The notes under the pieces: model-generated
Told to the model about the DNA's origin: nothing
Seen by the model: only the letters and a program-made list of their open reading frames with translations
Databases searched by the model: none
Program-made: the position numbers and the translations under genes
Shown: positions 49,429 to 62,803 of the stretch, piece by piece
Layout of the letters: each line of letters starts with the position of its first letter
Numbering within the stretch: the stretch's first letter is position 1
Origin: Mobula hypostoma
Lineage: Eukaryota
Assembly (NCBI RefSeq): GCF_963921235.1
Contig: NC_086097.1
Location: 29,824,001-29,888,000 of the forward strand
Length of the DNA: 64,000 nucleotides
Direction: 5' to 3'

Positions 49429-50613
49429 CTTCCAACGCCTCAGCGTCCCGAGAGGGGGATCAGAGAGCCGGCCAGCCTCCCGCAGGGGACCGTATGCTGG
49501 AAGCCAAGGCTACCAAGAGCGAAGGGGAAGAGAAGATGACGAGGAGGAAGCAGCAGGACCCATCGGCTGGGGCGGACAGCCAACTCCTTCTGCTGCCCCC
49601 CACCATGGAGAGCTCCTCCGCCTCTTATGTCATCGAGTGGCTGTGCGCGCAGCCGGCCGCCGGGCAGTGCGGCCCCGCCGAGGACCCGCCGTCTTTCCAC
49701 GACCTCTACCACCGGTACCGCCGGGCCGAGAGGCTGCCGTCCTGTGCCTCCTCCACCTCGAGCTGCTTCTCCTCCTCAGGCCAGGCGGGGGAACCGGGCC
49801 CACGCAACGGCCTCAACAGCTACGTGCAGACCATCCGCTACTGCAGCTGCGAGCGACCGGGGGACTGCGGGCACAGCCGGCGCGGGAGCCCCGAGGGTAG
49901 TGGGTGGGAGTCCGGCGGACGGGGCCAGGCCGGCATCACCGTCACAGTGGGCGACAGGAGGTTGGATTCCCGCCCGGCGCCAGGCCGCGTGACTGGCAGC
50001 CGTCGATCCCCGGGGCAACCACCGCTGGGTCGCATGACTGGTTGTAGCCGATCTCCGGGGCAACCCGATCGTGGTTGTGTTCCATCTCCGGGGCAACCAC
50101 CGCTGGGTCGCATGACTGGTTGTAGCCGATCTCCGGGGCAACCCGATCGTGGTTGTGTTCCATCTCCGGGGCATCCAGCGCGTGACAGCGACCGGTCCCC
50201 GAGGCAACCACTGCCGGGCGGCCCCTGCGGGTCTCCGGGGCAACCGGCAGGTGAAACCAGCCCGGCCCCGCCGCAGCGGCGAGTGGGGCGCGGTGACGCC
50301 ACGGCCGGTAACGGGACCGACACTGAACCGGTAGATGCCACTGCCCGGGCCGACACGGTACGAGCTGATGTCGAGACCGGGACCCGCAGGCCTGGCAGTC
50401 GAGCATCGCCTGCCCAGGGTTGGGCAAGCGGGAACGTGGTTCCGGAGCGGGGCGCTGGGCTTCAGGATGCGGTGGTCACCGCCGGACAGAAGAGGACAGA
50501 GCCCCGGCAAGGAGTGAGCGGTCTGGGAGAGGCGGTCCGGATCCCTGGAGGGGCCGAGATGTCCCCGAGGATATCCAGCCCGCAGGGCAGCGGCGGGCGG
50601 ATACTGGCACTCG
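49429..50613 (+). CDS. Large GC/CpG-rich coding exon of an uncharacterised gene (Ser/Pro/Gly/Arg-rich)
   Basis: Non-repeat CpG island with a 428-codon open frame. Acceptor CTCTTGCGCCCCTCAG at 49428 and phase-1 donor G|GTACGT at 50614. An alternative start is the strong Kozak CCCACCATGG at 49605. Confidence 0.7.
50010..50173 (+). repeat. In-frame 78-bp tandem duplication within the coding exon
   Basis: PGQPPLGRMTGCSRSPGQPDRGCVPS occurs twice, starting at 50010 and 50088. Confidence 0.9.
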
Positions 50614-51769
50614 GTACGTCTAAGAGAAGAGCCAGGCTTGTGGGCAGAGGATGACTATGGGTTCCACTGGGTCATAGAGCACGTAAACAGGACATTCGGC
50701 CCATCTGCTCCATGCTGACCAAGCTGATCCTATCTATGGTTGGCATAAGCTAGTTGGGCCGAAGGTCCTGTTTCAATCCTGTATAATTCTATGACAGCAT
50801 TTGGTCTGTATCCCACTGGACCTTTTCAATCCATATACCGGTCCCAATACCTTTTAAATATTGTTAATCTACCTGCCTCAATTCATGAGAACTTGTAAAG
50901 TTCATACAAACAGCCCTTGATCAAAGCCCAGTCTCTGGAGCTGTGAGGCTGCAGCTCAAGACTGATCGCACCACTGTATATACCATTGTATTTTGATTGC
51001 AACTCGGACATCCCCTACATTCTGCATTGCACGTTATTTCCCTGCAACCTATAATTAACTTCGTTTCTGTCAGATTGATGTGTCATAAGCACAAGAGATT
51101 CTGCAGATACTGGAAATCTTGAGCAGCAAGCACAAAATGCTGGAGGAACTCAGCAGGTCACGCAGGTCCTGGTGAGGGGTCTTGGTCCGAAATGTTAACA
51201 GTTTATTCCCCTCCGTAAATGCAGAATTCCTCTACCATTTTGTGCATGCAACCCTAAATGTCAGCTGTTTCTCTCTGTCCAGAGATACTGCCTGCCTTGT
51301 TGAGTATTTCTGACATTAGCTGACTTTGTTTGAGATTTCCAGCCCCTGCCATTTGTAAATTTTCATTTTCAGTCCGTGCGTGAAGGACACCTTGCAATTC
51401 CGCATGGCTGGGAGTGAAATTACCAGCTCCTTTTCCAGCCCTTCCAGATTTCATTTGCACTAACACTATTGTCCTGGACAGACGAGAGGTATCCCTACAG
51501 GCAAATAATTTGCAGGCACTGTTGTTGACCTGAGGTCCAGAATGAGCTGGAGGTGCTTGTGAGAGAAGTGACACAGCAGCTATAGAGATCTGGGTTTGAT
51601 CCTGACCTTTGGCGCTGTCTGTGAGGAGTTTGCATGTTTTCTCTGTGGGGTTTCAGCTCGGTGAATAGAGAATCATGCAGCATAGTCCAGGCCTATCAGC
51701 CCATGACTTTTAACCCACTTTGCGATCAGTCTAATGCTTCCCTCACACACAGCCCCTATTTCTCTGTCA

Positions 51770-52770
51770 TATAACTGTATAACCATATAACAATTACAGC
51801 ACGGAAACAGGCCATCTCGGCCCTTCTAGTCCGTACTGAACTCTTACCCTATCCTAGTCCCACCAACCTGCACTCAGCCCATAACCCTCCATTCCTTTCC
51901 TGTCCGTATATCTATCCAATTTAACTTTAAACAACAACATAGAACCTGCCTCAACCACTTCTGCTGGAAGTTCGTTCCACACAGCTACCACTCTCTGAGT
52001 AAAGAAGTTCCCCCTCATGTTACCCCTAAACTTTTGTCCTCTAATTCTCAACTCATGTCCTCTTGTTTGAATCTTCCCCACTCTGGAAAAAGTCTAACTA
52101 CGTCAACTCTATCAATCCCCCTCGTAATTTTAAACACCTCTATCAAGTCCCCTCTCAACCTTCTACGCTCCAAAGAATAAAGACCTAACTTGTTCAACCT
52201 TTCTCTGTAACTTAGGAGGTGAAACCCAGCCAACATTTTAGTAAACCTCCTCCATACTCTCTCAATTTTATTGACATCTTTCCTATAACTCAGTGACCAG
52301 AACTGTACACAATGCTCCAGATTTGGCCTTACCAATGCCTTATACAAATTCAACATTACATCCCAATTCCTATACTCAATGCTGTGATTAATAAAGGCCA
52401 GCAAACCAAAAGCTTTCTTCACCATCCTATCCATATGAGATTCCATCTTTAGGGAACTATGCACCATTATTCCTAGATCCGTCTGTTCTAAAGCATTCTT
52501 TAATGCCCTACCATTTACCATGTATGTCCTATTTTGATTAGTTCTATCAAAATGTAGCACCTCACATTTTTAGCATTAAACTCCATCTGCCATCTTTCAG
52601 CCCACTCTTCTAACTGTCCTAAATCCCTCTGCAAGTTTTGAAGACCTACCTCATCATTCACAACATCACCTATCTTAGTATCATCTGTATACTTACTAAT
52701 CCAATTTACCACCCCATCATCCAGATCATTAATATATATTACAAACAACATTGGACCCAGTACAGATCTT
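51770..52770 (-). mobile_element. CR1-type LINE RT/3' fragment
   Basis: SVLGPMLFVIYINDLD..KYTDDTK; LYKALVRPNLEHCVQFW. Confidence 0.9.
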
Positions 52771-53999
52771 TCATCCATGTGCCCGTCTACATCTCTTAAA
52801 TGCCCTTAATGTGTCTGCCTCTACCACTGCCCCTGGAAGCGTGTTCTGTGTACTTACAACTCTAAGCAAAACAACTTGCCTCTGACATCCCCCCCCCCCA
52901 TACTTTCCAACAATCAGCTTACAATTATGCCTTTCGTATTAGCCATTTCTGCCCTTGGAAAAAGTCTCTGGCTATCCACTCGATTAATGCCTCTTATCAT
53001 CTTGTACACCTCTGTCAAGTCATCTCTCATCCTCCTGCACTCCAAAGAGAAAACACCTAGCTCACTCACCCTTCAAAAGACACGATCTCTAATCCAGGCA
53101 GTTTTCTATAAATCTTTGTACCCTTTCTAAAGCTTCAATATTCTTCCTATAATGAGGCAATCAGGACTCAACACATCTCAAGGGAGATGAGAAACTCTTC
53201 CTATTAATAATACTAAAGGTAAGCTTTAATGTGACCAGTGCATCATCGGGATTCAGGGACATAGAACAGTACAGGTCCATTGGCCCACGATGTCACGCTG
53301 ACTTTATAACCTACTCCACCTTCAATCTAAACCTTCCTTCCATTTTCCCTTCATGCATGTGTCTATTAAAGAGTTCTGCCCAGATCCTCCAGTTTCCTCT
53401 CACATCCCAAGGACATGTGGGTCAGTAACTTAATTGCCCCACCCCTCCCCCAGGTGTATAGCTGAAGGGTAGAATCTGGGGTTGAATTGATGGGAATGTG
53501 TGGAGGGAATAGTTTACAGTGGGTGTCGGAACTGATAAGAGCCAACAGACTCGATAGGCTGAATCGTCCTCTTCCAAGCAGAAAGAAAAGTATGAAAAGA
53601 ACTATGTTTGTCATAAAATAATGCCCAAAAATTCAGTACCATTTTGCAGCTCTTAAAATCATGTTTTCCCAAACAGAAAGGCAAGAGCTCCATTTCTAGG
53701 TCAAATTGTATCACTCTGTAAATTTAACCAGTGCGTCAGGGTAGTGGGTGTAAGATATGGGGGCGTGTGGCAGGAAGAGGAGAGAGTCAACACTCATCAC
53801 AGCAGCCGACATTGGGGAAGTAGGCCATTCAGCCCTTCAAGTCTGTTCTGTTATTTAAATAGATTTTTGCTGATCTGTGTCTCTTCCAATGATTGGGAAT
53901 TTTTCAAAACTATTTCTCCCCAAGATCTACCCAGTTCATCCTTTCCAGTCAAATTGGCATCTCAGTTGCATTATGGGGTGGGGGCAGGGGGGAATTCTC

Positions 54000-54310
54000 A
54001 CTGTGGTAGCATAGTGTTTAGTGCAACACTTCTCAGCACCAGCAATCACCTGTCTGGGATCAGTTCCAGCCACTGTCTGTGAGGAGTTTGTACTTTCTTC
54101 CAAAGACCATGTGTGTTTTCTCTGATGCTCCAGTTTCCTCTCACGTTTCAAAGATGTACGGATTGGTGTTGGTAAGTTGTGGGCATCCTATGTTGGTGCC
54201 AGAAGCATGGCAACACTTGTGGGCACATCCTCTGACTGTGTTGGTCATTGACACACACACTGTTTGCTTCAATGTCCATGTGACAAATGTAGATAATCTA
54301 ATCTAATCTT
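54000..54310 (+). mobile_element. tRNA-derived V-SINE-like element
   Basis: GTGGTAGCATAGTG A-box-like start, SINE core and (ATCTA)n tail. Confidence 0.65.
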
Positions 54311-54960
54311 GACATTTCACGTGAGGAGCCGCTTCCCTGCTTCCTCCCTTGCATGCCCTGTTCATTGTGGGCTGTGACATTTCACTGATTTTTGGATTTA
54401 TGAGCTGTGCGCTTTCAGCTGGCCGTGGTCATACAACATACTAATGGAATCTTCAGTCCAACTGCTCTATGCTGACCAAGATTGCCAGCCAAAATTTGAA
54501 GAGATTTATTTATTTATTTTTAGTTGAAGATACAATCGGGAATAGGCCCTTCTGGGCCTTCGTGCTGCACAACCCCACAACCTAATCACACAATGACCAG
54601 TTAACCTACCCAGTACGTCTTTGGTTTTTGGGAGGAAACTGGAGGACCTGGAGAAAACTCAGACATTCCACGGGGAGGACGTACAGAGACTCCTTACACA
54701 GGACGCTGGGTTTTTGATGCCTCAAGCTGTAATGGGGTCCGCTAACCATTACACCATCATGGCACCTAATAAAGATTTAAAGATCAGCAGATTTCCCAGT
54801 GAGGATGTCCTAATTCAGAGAAGTTGTTTGGAGACATTCAATTTGCAATTAGAGGAAAATGCCTTTCACATTTAGTGACATTTATGCACATGTGTATTAG
54901 GTCTGTGACCTTAAACTGCAAAATAACCTTTGTGAATTTTTTAACATCTTTATCTCACAG

Positions 54961-55040
54961 GCAATGAGAGTCTGGATGTTGGAGAAGGCTTGTCAAGTCA
55001 GCAACTGGTCAAAGCACATGCCAGAGCTGGAGCAGATAAG
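54961..55040 (+). CDS. Internal coding exon of the uncharacterised SAM-domain gene
   Basis: Acceptor TTTTTTAACATCTTTATCTCACAG. 80 nt, phase 1 in and phase 0 out, reading (G)NESLDVGEGLSSQQLVKAHARAGADK. The donor AAG|GTGACA is weak. Confidence 0.55.
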
Positions 55041-56748
55041 GTGACAAACTTGAGGCCTGGACTGTGCTAAAGCAGTCGTAGGGAATTCAATGTGACAGGA
55101 TATTCCAAACCTACAGTAAATGTTCCATGGCAATTATCCTTTGAAGGATTGTATAGCGGAAGACTCCTTGGCCCGATGTAGTTGTGTCAGCTGTTTGGGG
55201 CAGCACTGTAGCCCATGACCGTGTGGGTTTCCTCCGGGTGCTCCAGCTTCCTCCCAAATTCCAAGGGTGTACGGGTTAGGGCTTGTGAGTTGTGGGCATG
55301 CTGTGATGGTGCTGGAAACATGGTGACACTTGCAGGCTGCCCCCAGCACATCCTTGAACTATGTTGGTTGCTGATGCAAGCAAACTATTTTAATGTACAT
55401 GTGGCAAATAAAACTAACCTTTAAAAAAGATTTTTAACTTGCCGAGTCAGGCAGCATCTGTGGAGTTAACGGGATGGTTAACCTTCGGGCCAAGACTGTG
55501 CTCCAGGGTGTCAGGGCATCACTCTGCCTCCAGCACTTTGTTTCCTTTTGCTCCGAATTACAGTGATTCTAGACTAAATCCTTTCAAGTAGTAACAAAAC
55601 AGTTTGATGAAGGTAGAGCAGTAGATGTGGTGTACATGGATTTTAGTAAGGTATTCAACAAGGTTCCCCATGGTAGACTCATTCAGAAAGTCAGGAGGCA
55701 TGAGATTCAGGGAAGCTTGGCTGTGCGTATTCAGACTTGCCTTGCCTGTAGATAGCAGAGGGTGGTTGTAGATGAGGCGTATTCTGCCTGGATGTTGGTG
55801 GCTTTTATACTCAACACCCTGACCAATGAAGGCAAGTATGTTGTATACCTATACAAAGCTTCCAGCGAACTATGTCGTTTGTGTCAAATCAAATTGGCAG
55901 GGATATACTGGGGGCCCATGCCCCTGGTGCCATTACGCCTACAGCCCATTAACTCTAACCTGTACGGAGTGTGGGAGGAGTGTCAGCGCACCCGGAGGAG
56001 ACCCACAGTCACAGGAAGAAGGTGCAAACTCCTCACAGACAGCAACGGGAATTGAACCCTGATCTTACATTGGCGCTGCAAAAGCCATGTGCTAGTCACT
56101 ATACTAATGTGCCACCCTTTACCACCCTCTGGATTTGTGTTGCCACTTTCAGCAAACTAGGGACTTGTACCCCGAGATACCTCTGTACATCAGTGCTCAT
56201 TTACCCTATACTTTCCTCTTGCATTTGACCTCCCAAAGTGCATCAGCTCATCACTCACGTGTTTGCATTGAACTCCGTCTGCCAATTCTCTGCCCAACTG
56301 CTCTGTATACTCTAACAACTTCCTCAGCTTCCCACAGTTACCCTCAATTTTATGTTGGCTGTAGACCTATTAATGAAACTGGCTATATTTTCATCTAAAT
56401 ATACAGTACATGATCTATATCATTCACTGCCTCGATAAACTGCCAGCATAATCAAATCCCCATCCAGCCCAGACATTTTGTCTTCTCCCACCAGGCAGAA
56501 GATACAAAAGTCTGAAAGCACGTACTATCAGGCTGAAGGACAGTTTCCAACCCACTGTTAATAAGCTGTTGATAACATTTATCTAATGTTATTAGGTTTA
56601 TTATTATCCTCGTAATATAGTAAGATAGACTCTTACCCTCACAATTATCTCGTTATGACCTTATAACTTTTGTCATTTTGCACTTTCTCTGTAGCTGTAA
56701 CACTTTATTCTGCATTCTATTATTGTTTTTACTTCTTTGAAGTGATAT

Positions 56749-57769
56749 GTACAGATGGTATGCAGGACAGGTTTCTCACTGTACAGATGGTATGCAGGAC
56801 AGGTTTCTCACTGTACGGATGGTATGCAGGACAGGTTTCTCACTGTACGGGTGGTATGCAGGACAGGTTTCTCACTGTACGGGTGGTATGCAGGACAGGT
56901 TTCTCACTGTACGGGTGGTATGCAGGACAGGTTTCTCACTGTACAGATGGTATACAGGACAGGTTTCTCACTGTACGGGAGGTATGCAGGACAGGTTTCT
57001 CACTATGGATGGTATGCAGGACAGGTTTCTCACTATAGATGCTATGCAGGACAGGTTTCTCACTGTACGGACGGTATGCAGGACAGGTTTCTCACTGTAC
57101 GGATGGTACGCAGGACAGGTTTCTCACTGTATGGATGGTATGCAGGACAGGTTTCTCACTGTATGGATGGTACGCAGGACAGGTTTCTCACTGGACGGAT
57201 GGTATGCAGGACAGGTTTCTCACTGTATGGATGGTATGCAGGACAGGTTTCTCACTGTATGGATGGTATGCAGGACAGGTTTCTCACTGTACGGGTGGTA
57301 TGCAGGACAGGTTTCTCACTATGGATGGTATGCAGGACAGGTTTCTCACTGTACAGATGGTATGCAGGACAGGTTTCTCACTGTACGGGTGGTATGCAGG
57401 ACAGGTTTCTCACTGTTTGGATGGTACGCAGGACAGGTTTCTCACTGTGTGGATGGTATGCAGGACAGGTTTCTCACTGTACGGATGGTATGCAGGACAG
57501 GTTTCTCACTGTACGGATGGTATGCAGGACAGGTTTCTCACTGTACAGATGGTATGCAGGACAGGTTTCTCTGTATGGATGGTATGCAGGACAGGTTTCT
57601 CACTGTATGGATGGTACACAGGACAGGTTTCTCACTGTATGGATGGTATGCAGGACAGGTTTCTCACTGCATGGATGGTATGCAGGACAGGTTTCTCACT
57701 GCATGGATGGTATGCAGGACAGGTTTCTCACTGTATGGATGGTATGCAGGACAGGTTTCTTGCTGTACG
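56749..57769. repeat. 32-bp minisatellite (~32 copies, some 30-bp variants) inside a LINE 3' tail
   Basis: Unit GTACAGATGGTATGCAGGACAGGTTTCTCACT. The flanks match the Rex-type 3' UTR seen unexpanded at ~42350-42550. Confidence 0.97.
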
Positions 57770-57856
57770 TTGGTATGTGTGACAACAATAAGCAAATTTA
57801 CCAAATACTAGTTTTCCAACTCTCATCATTTCTCATTGTTCAAACACCTCTTTCAG

Positions 57857-57965
57857 GAAACTCACCTGTCAGGAACGTCTGTGTCACTGGAGAAGATGTC
57901 GACAGAAGAAGTTTGCAAATGGCTGACAGACTCTGGCTTTCAATCGTGTGTCCATCGTGTCATAG
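57857..57965 (+). CDS. Coding exon encoding the start of a probable SAM (sterile alpha motif) domain
   Basis: Acceptor CTCTTTCAG, donor AG|GTAAAA. Reads ETHLSGTSVSLEKMSTEEVCKWLTDSGFQSCVHRVI, matching the SAM helix-1 pattern (S/T)xEEVxxWLxxxG(L/F). Confidence 0.65.
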
Positions 57966-59724
57966 GTAAAAAGACTAGTGTCTGTATGTCTGTTACACTG
58001 AGGGAACACAATTTGCATTGACATGGCTAAAAACCTATGGGGACTCAAAAGGCTTACCCATTCCATATATTTTCCTTATTTTCTAATGATAGAGCAAGAA
58101 GCCATTTGGCCCATTGAGTCTATACTGGTCCTCAGAGCAATTCCACTTCCCTGCTAAATTTTCCACATCCCTGCAAACACCCCTTTTACATCAGTTCACA
58201 GTGGCCATTTACTTGGCAACCTACATATTTTCTGCATGTGGAAGAAAACTCGAGCACCCAGGGGACACCCACACCATCGCAGGGAGGGCTCGGGATTGAA
58301 CCGGGGTTGCCAGAGCTGTGAGGCAGTGGCCCTACCCACTTTGTCTCTGTGTTACCTTCACCTCAGTGACAGGTCACTGGGATGTGGGACCTGGGCCTTT
58401 ACACATGTTACAGTGAGTGTCGGAATGTCTTAGAAGCCTTTCCAAAAAGCAAATCCTTCCTAGCCATCACCCTATGGTTACCAAAACTATGACTTTATTA
58501 TAGAGGCCTGCCAAGAGCATGTTGCCTTACACTATTCAATAATTCAATAGTTCCATTTAATATCAGAGAAATGTATGCAATATAAATTTGTGACGAAAAA
58601 GAATTTCAGGATGTACAAACGTATATTGTATATATTTCTCTGACATTAAATGTACCTACTGAAACGTGTACATCCTGAAATTCTTGTTCTTCACAGACGT
58701 TCACAAAAACAAAAGAGTGCCCTAAAGAATGAGTGACAGTTAAAATGATGGAACCCCAAATCCCCCCACTCCTCCCACACTCAAGCAGCAGCAAAGAAAT
58801 GACCTGCACCTTTCCTGTATTATAACAGCAACTTCAATGCTTTGCCTATTTAAATACCTGTTTCAATGCCTCCTAAGCATGGCAATACAGTTGTTGAGTC
58901 ATACAGTGTGGAAACAGGCTCTTTGGCCCACTTGTCCGTGCTGACCAAGATGCCCATCTAAGCTAGTCCCATTTACCAGCATTTGGCTCAGATCCCTCTA
59001 AACCTTTCCTATCCAATTATACGCCCAACGGTCTGCTCACCGTCTGTGATCTCCGCTGTTCTCCGACTCTCTGATCATGTGCTCACCCAGATTCCCTACC
59101 ACAGCCACGTGTCCATTCTAGGAGCTTGTCTCCACCCCCACCTTGTGCTGCCTTCTTCAGCCCTTTTACCTGTTCCACCTATCTTATAGCTTCTTACTTC
59201 ATGTTCCATTCCCCACCCTCCCTCAACTGGTCTCACCTATGACCTGCCAGCTTGTATTCCTCACCCTCCCCCCACCGACTCATTCTGGCTTCTTCCCACT
59301 GCCTTTCCAGTCTTGATGGAAGGTTTTGTGCCAAAACAACAACCATTCATTCCTCAAGCTCCTATTAAAACTTTCCCCTCTCACCTTAAACCCATGTCTT
59401 TTAGTTCATGGTTCCTCAACCCGTTTGCAGCGATTCAGATTGACGGGTTCACTACACACGGTCGGGATAGGACTGTCGAGTCTCTCAAGAGCAGAAGTGG
59501 AGGTGTGTGCTGCTCATGATCAACTCCTCTTGGTGCACAAAAATGTATCAGCAATGCCCCAATTCTGCTCACCAGACCTGGAATATCTCACAGTTAAGTG
59601 CCATCCATTTGACCTGCCGCGAGAGATTTCTGCGATCATTTTAGTAGCAGTGGACATTCCACCTCAGGCCAATATCAGACAAGCTCCAGATGATCTGAGC
59701 AATGGGATCAACAATACTCAAATG

Positions 59725-62035
59725 GCAAAATAGTACAACTGTGCCTGACAAGGGAAGCCAAAGCTAATGTAAAAGCGAAAGAGCATACAACAGAGCAAAA
59801 ATTAATGGGAAGACAGGGGATTGGGAAGCTTTTAAAACCCTACAGAGACCAACCAAAAGAATCACTCAGACGGAAAAGATGAAATATGACAGCAAGCTAG
59901 CAAATAATATCAAAGTGTATTCTTAATGCTTTTTCAAATACGTAAAAAATAAAAGAGAGATTCGATTTGATGTAGGATTGCCAGAAAGTGAGGCAGGAGA
60001 AATAATAATGGGGGCCAAGGAGATGGCAGATGAACTAATTGAGTATTTTGCATCAGTCTTCGCTGTGGAGGACACTAGCAATGTGTCAAATGTTGAAGGG
60101 TGTGAGGGAAGAGAAGTGAGTGCAGTTACTATTACAATTGAGAAGGTGCTCAAAAAAGCTGTAAGACCTAAGGGTACATAAGTCACCCGGACCAGATGAA
60201 CTTTAGTTTACTTCAGAATCACGTTTATTATCCCCGGCATGTGTTGTGAATTTGTTAACATAATATAGAAGAAGAAGGAAAAATAAAATAATAATAATAA
60301 ATAAATACATTAATTACAGTATACATATACTGACTAGATTAAAATCATGCAAAAAACAGAAATAATATAAATAAAGTGAGGTAGTATTCACGAGTTCAAT
60401 GTCAATTTAGGAATCAGATGGCAGAGGGGAAGAAGCTGTTCCTGAATCACTGAGTGTGTGCCTTCAGGCTTCTGTACCTCCTACCTGAAGGTAACAGTGA
60501 GAAAAGGGCGTGCCCTGCAAGCTGGAGGGAACCTAGATTTCTGAAAGAGGTAGTGGTAGAGATTGTGGAGGCATTAATAATGATCTTTCAAAAATCATTG
60601 GGCTCTGGCATGGTGCCAAAGGACTAGAAAATTGCAAATGTCACTCCACTTTTTAAGAAAAGAGGAAGGCAGCAGAAAGGAAATTATAGATCAGTTAGCC
60701 TGACCTCAGTGGTTGGAAAGATGTTGGAGTCAATTGTTAAGAATGAGGTTATAGGGTTCTTGGACACACAGGTCAAGATAAGACAAAGTGAGCATGGTTT
60801 CCTTAAGGGAAAATCTGGCCTGAATTCTTTAATTCTTTAAGGAATTTACACGTAGGATAGATAAAGAGGATGGATTGGATGTTGTATATTTGGACTCTCA
60901 GACAGGGTACCATACATGAAGTTGCTTATCAAGTTAAGAGCCCATGGTATTACAGGAAAGTTACTGGCATGCTTAGAGTAGTGGCTGATTGGTAGGAGGC
61001 AGCAAGTGGGAATAAAAGGATCCTTTTCTGGTTGGCTGCCAGTGACTAGTGGTGTTCTGCAGAGGTCGGTGTTGGGACATCTTTTTATGCTGTATATCAA
61101 TGATTTAGATGATGGAATAGATGGCTTTGTTGCCAAGTTTGCTAATATGGAGATTGGTGGAGGGGCAGGTGGTGTTGAGGAAACAGATAGGCTGCAGAAG
61201 GACTTAGACAGATTAGGAGAATGGGCAAGAAAATGGCAAATGAAATTCAATGTTGGAAAATGCGTGGTCATGCCCTTTGGTAGAAGAAATAAATGGGCAG
61301 ATTACTGTTTAGGTGGGGAGAGAATTCAAAATGCAGAGATACAAAAGCACTTGGGAGTTCTTGTGCAGGATACCCTAAAGGTTAACCTCCAGGTTGAGTC
61401 AGTGGTGAAGAAGGCAAATGCAATGTTGGCATTCATTTCTAGAGGTATAGAATATAAGAGTAGGGATGTGATGCTGAGGCTCTATAAGGCACTTGTGAGA
61501 CCACACTTGAAGTATTGTGTGCAGTTTTGGGCTCCTTATTTTAGAAAGGATAGACTGACATTGGAGAGGGTTCAGAGAAGATTCATGAGAATGAAAGGGT
61601 TACCGTATGAGGAACCTCTGGCAGCTCTTGGTCTGTATTCCCTGGAGTTCAGGAGCATGAGGGGAGATCTCATAGAAACATTCTGAATGTTAAAAGGCCT
61701 GAATAGATTAGATATGGCAAAGTTATTTCCCATGGTAGAGGAGTCTAGGACAAGAGGGCACGACTTCAGGATTGAAGGACATCCATTTAGAACTGAGATG
61801 TGGAGAAATTACTTTAGTCAGAGGGTGGTAAATCTGCGGAATTTGTTGCCACGAGCGGCTGTGGAGGCCAAGTCATTGGATGCATTTAAGGTTCTTGATT
61901 AGCCAGGGCATCAAAGGGTATGGGGAGAAGGCAGGGAAGTGGGGATGACTGGAAGAATTGGATCAGCCCATGATTGAATAGCGAAGCAGGCCCGATGGGC
62001 CAACTGGCCTACTTCTGCTCCTATATCTTATGGTT
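59725..62035 (+). mobile_element. CR1-type LINE ORF2 fragment, interrupted by a LINE tail at ~60205-60530
   Basis: ORFs 59978-60181, 61006-61686 and 61687-61902 resemble the 27353-30150 copy. Confidence 0.9.
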
Positions 62036-62049
62036 GTATGGTCTTAAAT

Positions 62050-62803
62050 AAATATGCAGGCAATTTTCTAAACGGGGAAGAAATCCAAAAATCTGTGATG
62101 CGAAGGGTCTTGGGACTCCTTGTACAGAACACCCTAAGGGTTAACTCGTGGGTAGAGTCAGTGGTGAGGAAGGCAAATGCAATGTTAGCATTTATTTCAA
62201 GAGGTCTAGAATTCAAGAGCGAGAGTGTGATGTTGAGGCTTTATAAGACACAGGTGAGGCCTCACCTTGAGTATTGTGTACAGTTTTGGGCTCCTCATCT
62301 AAGAAAAGTTGTGCTGGCATTGGAGAGGGTTTAGTGGAGGTTCACAAGGATGATTCTGGGAATTGAAAGGGTTATAAAACAAGGAATGTTTGATTGGTCT
62401 GGGTCTGTACCTGCTGGAATTTAGAAGGATGAGGGGGGATCTCAATGAAACCCTTCGAATGTTGAAAGGCCTAGGCAGAGTCGATATGGAAAGAATGTTT
62501 CCCATGGTGGGAGAGTCAAGGACAAGAGGGCACAGCCTCAGGTTAGAGGGACGTCCATTTGAAGCAGATGCTGAGAAATTTCTTTAGCTAGAGGGTGGTG
62601 AATTTATTACCACAGACTGCTGTGGAGGCCAGGTCATTGGATATATTTAAGTTAGAGCTTGGTAGGTTCTTGATCGGACATGGCATCAAGGTTACGGGGA
62701 GTGGGGCTGAGGAGTGGATAAAAGGATCAGTCATGATTGAATGGTGGAACAGATTTGATAGGCCAAATGGCCTAATTCTGCTCCTATGTCTTATGGTCTT
62801 ATG
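62050..62803 (+). mobile_element. CR1-type LINE 3' fragment
   Basis: ORF 62038-62334 KANAMLAFISRG...[13 protein letters not shown]. Confidence 0.85.

Noticed and set aside
49440..50510. Overlapping antisense and alternative-frame ORFs in the CpG island
   Set aside because: Expected from very high GC content. Only the 428-codon frame is splice-compatible with the downstream exons.
56670..57969. ORFs of 247-404 aa in three frames
   Set aside because: Translations of the 32-bp minisatellite. Only 57857-57965 has exon features.
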